64,000 nt of DNA, taken from NCBI GenBank assembly GCA_016187465.1, contig JACPJQ010000004.1, positions 7,092 to 71,091 on the forward strand, read 5' to 3'. Positions 9,158-16,912 of the stretch are shown one piece after another. Every line of letters begins with the position of its first letter. Within the stretch, counting starts at the first letter, position 1. Made by a program: the position numbers and the translations under genes. This DNA is from Candidatus Woesearchaeota archaeon (GTDB taxonomy: Archaea > Nanobdellota > Nanobdellia > Woesearchaeales > GW2011-AR4). A model generated the notes under the pieces. It saw only the letters and a list, made by a program, of their open reading frames with translations. It searched no databases and had not been told where the DNA came from.

Positions 9158-9355
9158 TTAGCAGCCGCCTACCATTGAAGGCAAGTTTTGTATGCTTGAT
9201 GGAACACTTGCTCCAGAACTTTGGAGTGGTGCGCTTCCAACATTCACATTGCCTGTGCTTATGCTTGTCTTCAGACTGCTCAGCTGAATGGCTTGAACTG
9301 CCGTCAGAAGCACTAAAACCACAAGCACAATCACAATGATAACATTTCTGTTCAT
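9158..9355 (-). CDS. Small TM-anchored protein ending MVGGC
   Basis: AGGAGGAG RBS; TM, Ser/Gly linker, LPSMVGGC-stop. Confidence 0.75.
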   Translation of the reverse strand: MNRNVIIVIVLVVLVLLTAVQAIQLSSLKTSISTGNVNVGSAPLQSSGASVPSSIQNLPSMVGGC

Positions 9356-9389
9356 TTTGTTCTCCTCCTGTATTTTGTTTATTAAAATG

Positions 9390-10379
9390 CTAAGCTTGCA
9401 TTTCTTGAACTATCCTTTTAATTGTTGGGCCTGGATACCATAAGGAATACCATCTGCCCATTTCTCCATAAATCTCTTCATCTGTAAACTTATCAGCGTA
9501 ATTCTTTATGAACCATCTTGCCATTCCTTGAGCAGCTGCAGAATGCGCGCACCCGCATCTCGTTATTATTGTCGGATTTTGCGGAGAGCCGCAGCAGTAA
9601 TCGCATGTGAATGAATTTACTATCTTGCTCCATCTTTGTTCTTGCTCAGGGTCCAATTCCAGCTTCCTGTAAGTTGCCCACCTCTTCTGCGCAGCTATCG
9701 GGTCATCAAAAGTGACGCCTGCTTCCTGCCCATACCAAGGAGTTCCTGTCGGGATAATATTATTCAGCAAATCTCTAGCCGCATCTCCAGTTGACGGCTT
9801 AAGTGATAATTCGCTAATTGTTGGCATTGGCTTAACCTTTGTTTTGTAGCCAGATATTACAGGCTGTTCGCCGGATGCAAGTGGCATTGGCTTAAGGGTG
9901 ATTTTCGAGCCAACTTCAAACTGCCCCAGTTTTAAAGTTCCGCCGCTGCCTGATCCAAAGAATTTTAATGGTGCAGAAGATACAGAACTTACAAAACTGC
10001 CAGTTGATGGATTACCGCTTGCCAAGCCATTCACTTGGAAAATCTGGAACTGGTTGAATAAGATTAATAAAGCTGCCAAACCTACTAAGCCATAACTAAA
10101 TTTTTCAATGAATGTCAATGGTTTTCTTTCTGATTTTGCAATGTGCTCGACAACATGTTCTTTTTTATCTTTATCATGAACTTGTTCATCTTTGCCAATA
10201 ATCCACCATGCAAGCAAGAATACCAGAGCTAATAACAACAATAATGATAGCATGTTCAGAAGCATGCTTGAAGAGTATTTAATCAAGAAGAGCTGCTTGT
10301 AAAGAAGTCCAATCCCTACAATAGAAATTAAGACTAACATTACCTTCTCCATAAATGGGTCATTTCTCTCTTCTGTCAT
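9390..10379 (-). CDS. Membrane-anchored Cys-cluster protein (CDYCCG...CGCAH)
   Basis: 3 TMs then TPWYG...GVTFDDP...TCDYCCG...RCGCAHSAAAQGMARWFIKNY...TDEEI. Confidence 0.8.
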   Translation of the reverse strand: MTEERNDPFMEKVMLVLISIVGIGLLYKQLFLIKYSSSMLLNMLSLLLLLALVFLLAWWIIGKDEQVHDKDKKEHVVEHIAKSERKPLTFIEKFSYGLVGLAALLILFNQFQIFQVNGLASGNPSTGSFVSSVSSAPLKFFGSGSGGTLKLGQFEVGSKITLKPMPLASGEQPVISGYKTKVKPMPTISELSLKPSTGDAARDLLNNIIPTGTPWYGQEAGVTFDDPIAAQKRWATYRKLELDPEQEQRWSKIVNSFTCDYCCGSPQNPTIITRCGCAHSAAAQGMARWFIKNYADKFTDEEIYGEMGRWYSLWYPGPTIKRIVQEMQA

Positions 10380-10385
10380 TTTACA

Positions 10386-10403
10386 ACTACAGGAAATTGT
10401 AGT
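10386..10403. promoter_or_regulatory. Inverted repeat ACTACA-N6-TGTAGT between TATA box and start codon (candidate repressor operator)
   Basis: actacaggaaattgtagt. Confidence 0.4.
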
Positions 10404-10511
10404 AGTTTATATATTTTACTTAGAAAACAGTTGTTTTTCAAGCCTTATTTTCTCAAAACGGGCTTTAAAATTGTTTATTAACGTTTATAGAGGCTTATTT
10501 TGGCATTTTCA
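10403..10511 (-). promoter_or_regulatory. Conserved extended upstream element, copy B
   Basis: Aligns with 769..873 and 13747..13849. Confidence 0.6.
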
Positions 10512-10578
10512 AAAACAAAATTGACTTTAATTTCATTTTGCTCATTTGCAGTGCATCCCAAAAAATTTAATGAAAATA

Positions 10579-10623
10579 TCGTAAATTGCGGTAATTAGTT
10601 TAATAAATAGCCGCAATTTACGA
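10579..10623. repeat. Perfect 13-bp inverted repeat (hairpin)
   Basis: TCGTAAATTGCGG-N19-CCGCAATTTACGA. Confidence 0.6.
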
Positions 10624-10708
10624 GATAGACAATTGCGTGTAAAATATAATCAATTAACGCAATTGCCTATACAATCAAAAAATAAATTGCTAATTTCATT
10701 TCCATCAC

Positions 10709-11302
10709 CTATTCATTAACCAATTTGCCAAGCAGCACTTTCCATTGTTCTTCATCAAATGCGCCGATTGTGCGGTATATTATTGTTCCATTACTGCCAA
10801 TTGCATATTTGGTAGTTGTTTTTGTAATGCCATAGTCAATAAGTATTTTTTCCTGACCTTGTGCAAATATAGTTTTTTGCAGCTCTGGGTATTCTTTCTT
10901 GTATTCCTTAAGCTTAAGAAAATCCTCGCTTAAGTCCAGGCTTATTGATATAAATGTTATGTTATCTTCATACTCCCTGTACATTTTTGATAATGCAGCA
11001 TAGTCCTTTGCGCACCATGGGCACCATGTTGCCATGAAATACACAATAACTGGCCTTTTCCGCTCAATGATGTCGTATAATCTTACAGGCTTTCCCTCTG
11101 TAGTTATCACAACAAAATCCGAAGGGGCTTGGCCAACTCTGGTGCCGATAACTTGCACTTGATTTGTGTTTTGATAAACTGTTGTTGACTTTTCTTCGAG
11201 TTTGTCTTTGCTTGAAAATACATAGATGGCAATAGCAGAGAGCATTATAATCACTAATATTACAAAAAAATCAGATTTCCATTTCTTAATGGTTTTTTGC
11301 AT
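10709..11302 (-). CDS. Membrane-anchored TlpA/ResA-like thioredoxin
   Basis: VGQAPSDF...VYFMATWCPWC...ISISLD. Confidence 0.85.
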   Translation of the reverse strand: MQKTIKKWKSDFFVILVIIMLSAIAIYVFSSKDKLEEKSTTVYQNTNQVQVIGTRVGQAPSDFVVITTEGKPVRLYDIIERKRPVIVYFMATWCPWCAKDYAALSKMYREYEDNITFISISLDLSEDFLKLKEYKKEYPELQKTIFAQGQEKILIDYGITKTTTKYAIGSNGTIIYRTIGAFDEEQWKVLLGKLVNE

Positions 11303-11927
11303 AATCTGTCACTGAATTTATCTGTTTTAGAAGTTCTTCTTCTGTTTCATCGCCGTAACTTATCAGTATTTTGTCCATATCTCTGAAGACATAAACTCCG
11401 ATATCAGAATATTCCTTCCCATTTACAAAAAATCTAAATTTTTTATTGGCGCTATTGCAAAATTTTTGCTGATTTTCCAGGGTAATGCATTCTTTGCCCA
11501 AATCAGCCCCAACACTTTTTAAAAAATACCAGAATGGAACGCCTGTTGCGTGCATGTGTATAAGCCCTGAAGCGTCTTCCTTGTTTTGCTGGTCGTCCAG
11601 ATGGATGACACTGCTTTTCATATAGTGTTTATCATCGGCAAAATTTATGGGATTTCCATTAATAAAAATCTTAAAATCGGCGTGGATGTGCTGCGAGCCT
11701 AAAGCCCCCATATTTGCACTTTTAACCCTTTCGTCTTTAGCTAGCTCGTCATCCATAAAATTAAATTGCATTGAAGACCGCACATTTTTTTGAGATGAAA
11801 CTGCATTTATCTTATCGGCAGTGAAGCTGAAAAAATCTTTCAAAGCCAAGACTAACATTCCAAAAACAGCAATCAATAAGATTGCCAGTGCTATTCTTTC
11901 TGTTTTGCTTTCCATGTTTGATGCCAT
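11286..11927 (-). CDS. Exported multi-His protein, paralog 3 (close to 6606..7322)
   Basis: SQHIHADFKIFING...YMKSSVIHLDDQQNKEDASGLIHMHATGVP...DKILISYGDE. Confidence 0.75.
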   Translation of the reverse strand: MASNMESKTERIALAILLIAVFGMLVLALKDFFSFTADKINAVSSQKNVRSSMQFNFMDDELAKDERVKSANMGALGSQHIHADFKIFINGNPINFADDKHYMKSSVIHLDDQQNKEDASGLIHMHATGVPFWYFLKSVGADLGKECITLENQQKFCNSANKKFRFFVNGKEYSDIGVYVFRDMDKILISYGDETEEELLKQINSVTDYAKNH

Positions 11928-11929
11928 AT

Positions 11930-12376
11930 TTAGTTTTTAACGATGTACTTTCCTTTCATTCCTGTATGCCCCGGGCCGCAATAGACCGTGCATACCATAT
12001 CCCACTCCCCAGCTTCTTCTGCGTTTATCTCCAACATTGTTTTGTCTCCTTTTTTGACTGCATTTTCAGTATCCCAGCCGGGGATTATTATGCCTTCTAA
12101 TTCAAAGCCGTGCGGAACATCAATGCTTTCTATCACAAATCTTATTTTTTCCCCTTTCTTAACTACAATAGTATCTGGCTCCCATCTGTACTGTATTGAT
12201 TTCACTTCAATCTCCCTGACTCCATTTATAATTTTGCCGCTTAAAGGCAGGCTGTCAAATTTCTTTTTATGGTATTCAATTATTTTTTTAGCCTTTATTG
12301 CATCTTCATTTTCTTTTGGAGCGCATGCGCTTGCGAAGATTATCAATAAAACAAACATTAACATTGTTTTTTTCAT
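11930..12376 (-). CDS. Stand-alone CuA-type cupredoxin lipoprotein
   Basis: FASAC lipobox; DVPHG and CTVYCGPGHTGM. Confidence 0.85.
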   Translation of the reverse strand: MKKTMLMFVLLIIFASACAPKENEDAIKAKKIIEYHKKKFDSLPLSGKIINGVREIEVKSIQYRWEPDTIVVKKGEKIRFVIESIDVPHGFELEGIIIPGWDTENAVKKGDKTMLEINAEEAGEWDMVCTVYCGPGHTGMKGKYIVKN

Positions 12377-13224
12377 TTTGAGTTGTAAATTTCCTTGATT
12401 AACTCTGTTTCAATAACATCAATATCTTGGCCGATGTGGTAGTTTTTTGGAACGTCGCCTGGCAGTGTGCCTGTGAATGAAATGCTTCCGTCTTTTGCGC
12501 TTACCCCCGCAAAAAAAGGATAAAACTGCCCCTGCAGTTTATTGACCCATACCGGCTCATTGACATTTACGACCAAGTAAGGCTCAAATCCATTGACAGA
12601 AGGCGCATTAAAGCTGAGCTCTGCCACCAATCCTGCAACGTTTTTTGTTATTGCAGGAGTTGTGCCGATAGAATCTTTCGGGTAATCAAAAATTGACAGG
12701 CGCCATGCTATCACGCTGCCGTTGACTGCATCGACCTGAACCATAAAATCCTCACCCACAGCAAGAATTCCATTTACATACCGAAACCATTTGTAGAAAT
12801 AAGTGCCGTCAACCTCTGAAACTTCAGGGTCCAGTCTCAACTCAGGTTTTGCATTCCCGGGCAGTTTTTCGAAAATTTTTTTTGCAATCTCCAGCCCCCT
12901 TTCCTCAGTTAAGGTTTTAGTGCCCGCGCTGTGCCTTAAATTTTCATTTCTCATGCCATAAATCTCATAAGCAAGAGGATTAACTTCGACATAATTTCTC
13001 TGCTCCGGCTCAAAAAGAACTATTATCAATCCCTTGTCAAGGTCAAATGATATAGGCTCATTATCTGTGCTAAGAAAATTTTTGGCGGCGTTTACCGTGT
13101 TTTCTTTCAGCTCCTTGTCAAAATCAAGGCTTATGTTAAACAGGTAAATTGAATGCGCTCCCACTATAATAACAGAGGATAATACTATTAAAATAAAAAT
13201 CAAGAACTGTTTAATATGCGTCAT
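12373..13224 (-). CDS. Exported PepSY/YcdB-YcdC-like repeat protein
   Basis: Signal peptide; LTEE..LEIAKK, YFYKWFRYVNGI, VQVDAVNGSVI, VSAKDGSI. Confidence 0.55.
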   Translation of the reverse strand: MTHIKQFLIFILIVLSSVIIVGAHSIYLFNISLDFDKELKENTVNAAKNFLSTDNEPISFDLDKGLIIVLFEPEQRNYVEVNPLAYEIYGMRNENLRHSAGTKTLTEERGLEIAKKIFEKLPGNAKPELRLDPEVSEVDGTYFYKWFRYVNGILAVGEDFMVQVDAVNGSVIAWRLSIFDYPKDSIGTTPAITKNVAGLVAELSFNAPSVNGFEPYLVVNVNEPVWVNKLQGQFYPFFAGVSAKDGSISFTGTLPGDVPKNYHIGQDIDVIETELIKEIYNSK

Positions 13225-13269
13225 GTTTGATATTTCTTTTTAGATAAACAAAAAATAGATTTATTGTTT

Positions 13270-13716
13270 TCACTTGACGATGAGGTTTCCTTTCATTCCG
13301 CTATGCCCTGAGCCGCAGAACACTGAGCAGTAAGCTGTGAAAGTGCCTTCTTTGTCTGCTGTAAACTCTATTGTAACGGGCTTGCCTACTTCGAGCCTTT
13401 CATTTATGCCATACTCCTTGATTGCTATGCCGTGCGGCACATCCATGCTTGTCACTATGAGCCTTACTTTGTCGCCTTTGTTGACTTCGATGGTTGATGG
13501 TGTAAATGAAAACTGCTTTGCCGTAATTTTGAATTCTTTGACATTGATTCCAGACACTTCTGTATCTTTAGTTGCTGGCTCCTCTATAATCGGCTGTTTT
13601 TGCCCCGGAACTTCACTTCCCCCGCCAACGAGGTTTTCCGGCGCTTGAGTATTTTGATTGGCACAGGCACTGACCAAAAACACGCCCAGCACTAAAAACA
13701 ATATTATTTTTTTCAT
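13270..13716 (-). CDS. Stand-alone CuA-type cupredoxin lipoprotein
   Basis: LVSAC lipobox; DVPHG and CSVFCGSGHSGM; GGAGGTG RBS. Confidence 0.88.
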   Translation of the reverse strand: MKKIILFLVLGVFLVSACANQNTQAPENLVGGGSEVPGQKQPIIEEPATKDTEVSGINVKEFKITAKQFSFTPSTIEVNKGDKVRLIVTSMDVPHGIAIKEYGINERLEVGKPVTIEFTADKEGTFTAYCSVFCGSGHSGMKGNLIVK

Positions 13717-13746
13717 TTCAACACCTCCAGTATTGGGATTTATAGA

Positions 13747-13849
13747 TAGTTTAATATAATTTACCGTTAAAACCTTGGCATTATTAAACTTTATTTTTTA
13801 AAAAGAGCTTAAAATAAGCTTATTTCCGTTCACTGAGGATTATTTGGAC
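13747..13849 (-). promoter_or_regulatory. Conserved extended upstream element, copy C
   Basis: Aligns with copies A and B at identical spacing. Confidence 0.55.
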
Positions 13850-14671
13850 TTACAACGAAACCGAAACAACCCATCTCAAGAAATACCCTACATAATAAGC
13901 CAAAACTGCAGCTACTCCCCCGATGAACAATGTCTCGAGAATTGTTTTCCACCAAGCTTTTTTTGTTACGTATCTTTTTATTAATCCAATGACTGTAAGG
14001 GCAATAGCTGTCATGACAATGGCTATTACAAAAGTATGCTTATTGAATATTGGGAAGAAATAAGAGAACACATAGGCAAGCAGCGGGATGATGCCTATAG
14101 CCAAAAAGCCAAAGTAAGTTACAGCAGCGGTCTTCCACGGAGTTTTACTGCTTTCCAGCAGCCCAAGCTCGTCTGACATCATTGTGTCAATCCATACTTT
14201 CTTATTTGAGGTTATAACCTTTACCGCCAGCTCAAGGTCTTTGCCTTTGAAGCCTTTTTTCTTCATTATCTCCCTTACCTCGTGGATTTCGCCTTCGGGA
14301 ATATTTTCAATCTCCCATTCTTCCCTTTGCCTTTCTTTTTTTATGAAATCCCTTTGGGTTTTCTCGCTTAGATAGTTGCCGCATGCCATTGAAAATCCAT
14401 CAGCCAGCAGGTTTGCAAACCCCAGAATAATAACAATTCCCGAGGACAATGCTGCCCCTGTTGCCCCGGCAACAACAGCAAAAGTGGTTACTGTGCCGTC
14501 TATGGCCCCATACACAAATTCCCCCAAATACTCTCCTTTCATAAGAATTGGCTCTTCTTCGTGAATTTGGCGGTGTATCAATGAGCTTTTATGGGCTTTT
14601 CTAGCCATCTCTATGTCTTTTGTGGCAAATGCACGCTGAGCTTTTGCAATTCTGGTGTTCTTCTTTGTCAT
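13850..14671 (-). CDS. VIT1/CCC1 family Fe/Mn transporter
   Basis: FVYGAIDGTVTTFAVVAG, GFANLLADGFSMACGNYLS, EREEWEIE...MMSDELGL. Confidence 0.92.
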   Translation of the reverse strand: MTKKNTRIAKAQRAFATKDIEMARKAHKSSLIHRQIHEEEPILMKGEYLGEFVYGAIDGTVTTFAVVAGATGAALSSGIVIILGFANLLADGFSMACGNYLSEKTQRDFIKKERQREEWEIENIPEGEIHEVREIMKKKGFKGKDLELAVKVITSNKKVWIDTMMSDELGLLESSKTPWKTAAVTYFGFLAIGIIPLLAYVFSYFFPIFNKHTFVIAIVMTAIALTVIGLIKRYVTKKAWWKTILETLFIGGVAAVLAYYVGYFLRWVVSVSL

Positions 14672-14750
14672 TTTAAGGTCAACTACGTGAGATAGCTAGC
14701 ATTAGCGGCTTAAATTATGGATTAAATTCAGATGATATGGGAAATTCTAA

Positions 14751-14843
14751 TCAGCAGAATTCACATACCTTACTGCTTTTGACAACTTTCTTGACTGAAT
14801 TCTTTTTTCCCTTCTTCATCGCTTTTTTTGTTTTTTTCGGCAT
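14751..14843 (-). CDS. 30-aa Lys-rich micro-protein ending CEFC
   Basis: MPKKTKKAMKKGKKNSVKKVVKSSKVCEFC; AAGGTGAT RBS. Confidence 0.6.
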   Translation of the reverse strand: MPKKTKKAMKKGKKNSVKKVVKSSKVCEFC

Positions 14844-15093
14844 TTGGAATCACCTTTTATTATTTATTCTTAATTATGCAGCGTCCAATTTTTAAAACTA
14901 TTGGTTTTGTCAGTAGATAACAAAGTGAATTCTTGATTTTGAAAATTTTAACCGCTTTTATTTAATTTTTTCTAAAAAATTTCGTCTAATGCCCCACGGA
15001 ATTCTAGTATCGAACCCCTTTCTCTTCTTTGAACCTTCGTCTAATCTGAGGGATTAGGCAAACTTTTTTCTAATAATTGATTTCTGGCACAAT

Positions 15094-15336
15094 CTAAGAA
15101 CTAGCAAGTGTTGAGAAATTAACCTCAACTGGAATGTCCAATTTAATGTCCTGAAGGTCTTTAGACCGTTTTTTAAAGCTAAGAATGCCAACACTTTTCA
15201 CTTCCTCTGATTTTTCATCTATTCTTAGGAATACCCCTGGCTTTACTTCAGAAGCATAGCATTTTGATGGCTTTCCCACAGAGATTTCCAAAAAATCTCC
15301 TTCCTCGTCATAATAAACTTTCATAGGACCTTTCAT
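15094..15336 (-). CDS. DUF2283 family protein (putative antitoxin)
   Basis: MKVYYDEEGDFLEI...GVFLRIDE...VGIL. Confidence 0.75.
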   Translation of the reverse strand: MKGPMKVYYDEEGDFLEISVGKPSKCYASEVKPGVFLRIDEKSEEVKSVGILSFKKRSKDLQDIKLDIPVEVNFSTLASS

Positions 15337-15644
15337 TTTATATTCCTCACAAAGTAAGCTGTGATTATAAAGCCATGCTCATTTAAATACTTAACGATTA
15401 CAAGCAGGTATTTTGCTGATTCTCTTTCCTTGAAATACTTGTAATAGTATCTGACATTTTCATCAAGTTCATATTCAGTAATTTTAACAGGATTTTTTAG
15501 TGTCTCTTTTATATCTTCAAGGTAGGGAGCAACTTCAGGATGCTCTTGATTGAGATGTTTCCATCTTTCATCTGAGAGATGAATTTTCCTGCCTGATTTG
15601 TCTTCAACCTCAAAAATCCACGTCATAATACATATTGATTGCAA
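15333..15644 (-). CDS. Putative RNase toxin (DUF4258/BECR-like) paired with DUF2283
   Basis: ERWKHL..EHPE...IKETLKNP...YYKY...KYLLVIVKY...FIITAY. Confidence 0.65.
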   Translation of the reverse strand: MQSICIMTWIFEVEDKSGRKIHLSDERWKHLNQEHPEVAPYLEDIKETLKNPVKITEYELDENVRYYYKYFKERESAKYLLVIVKYLNEHGFIITAYFVRNIK

Positions 15645-15891
15645 TCATTATAAATAACTATCGTGTGCCAGAAATCGTTAGAAAAAAGTATGGTTCTAAC
15701 ACTTTAGGCTAAACAAATGTAAGTTTTATTCCGCTTCGCTCCATAAAATTTGTGGGATTTTCATTTCATTACAACCCCACTCGCATAATACTCGGAAAGC
15801 AAACTTTTCGCAAAATTACAGATTTTCTTTAAGGAAATATCTTATCGCAGTTTCTGTCTTGTAGCAATAAATCCTGCCATTTTTAACCTTT

Positions 15892-16203
15892 TTATGATAT
15901 ATCCCTGTGAGTTTCGTATAGGAATGCAGCATCCCCATTGTGCTTCTTTAATTCTTGGGTTAGGAGTCTGAAAATATCAGCAGACGACACCATTTTCTTT
16001 TTGATTATTATCTTTGTCACTGATGCAGAAACTTTGTCGCATATTTTTTCCGATTCCTTCTCGCTCAAATGCGCATTCCTGCACGCGAAATAGCAGGAGC
16101 CGTAAACTTTCCTTTGATCATAGAGCTCTGTGTGCCCTTTTCTCTTTACTATCTGCAGCATTGTCCTGCCTTTAGACCTTTTGATAATCTTTTTCTTTTT
16201 CAT
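15892..16203 (-). CDS. Stand-alone ATP-cone domain protein
   Basis: IVKRKGHTELYDQRKV...SSADI. Confidence 0.75.
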   Translation of the reverse strand: MKKKKIIKRSKGRTMLQIVKRKGHTELYDQRKVYGSCYFACRNAHLSEKESEKICDKVSASVTKIIIKKKMVSSADIFRLLTQELKKHNGDAAFLYETHRDIS

Positions 16204-16911
16204 TTAATTAAGTGTTATAGTTCCGTTTGCAATCAAAATCAGCAGCCAGCCAAGGAGTATTAAGATTATGCCGGTTGCAAGCCTCATGTAAGTTCTGTTG
16301 CCTTGCTTCCATCTCTTTAAGTTTTGTATCTTAACGCCAAAATAAACCATCAGCAAAATAACCACCAATGGCAAGACAAAGATAACATTGTAAAGGATAA
16401 GCCACAAAAATGCAGTAAAATTAAAATTTTGCGACAAAAACACAAGGATTGCCAAATACGGTCCGCCTGTGCATGGCAGTTCAACACCCGCAACAAAAGC
16501 CCCCAGGAAAATCATTGCAGGTAAGGTAATTTTCTTCGTCATTTCATGTATCTGCTTTGCCCTTTCAGGAGGAATCGACAAAGTGATGCCCTGCCCGTAC
16601 CAGAAAAAATCCTTTATTTCAATCAAGCCTGCTATTACGATTAAAGAGCCTACAACTATTGATATGTACTCGCTCACGACAATCGGGATTACACTTAAAA
16701 AATACAGAATACCCAGCCCTGCCAACAGGTATGTCAGGAACACAAAAAATATGTATATAAGCCCGTAGAATAGCATCTCTTTTTTCGAGCGGAATGCTAT
16801 CATAACCGAAACCAGAAGTATAAGCACCCCTATAGCGCAAGGGTTAATTGAATCTATCAATGCTGTTGTTACAACTGTTCCTAAAGTCGGAAGATATGCT
16901 TGAACTGTCAT
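16204..16911 (-). CDS. CcdA-like/DsbD-TM family membrane protein
   Basis: DSINPCAIG and ELPCTGGPY. Confidence 0.8.
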   Translation of the reverse strand: MTVQAYLPTLGTVVTTALIDSINPCAIGVLILLVSVMIAFRSKKEMLFYGLIYIFFVFLTYLLAGLGILYFLSVIPIVVSEYISIVVGSLIVIAGLIEIKDFFWYGQGITLSIPPERAKQIHEMTKKITLPAMIFLGAFVAGVELPCTGGPYLAILVFLSQNFNFTAFLWLILYNVIFVLPLVVILLMVYFGVKIQNLKRWKQGNRTYMRLATGIILILLGWLLILIANGTITLN

Positions 16912-16912
16912 T

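Noticed and set aside
888..16911. Cytochrome c maturation (System I/II) or cytochrome oxidase operon
   Set aside because: No CcsA/CcmF, no CxxCH clients and no oxidase subunit I were seen in the window.
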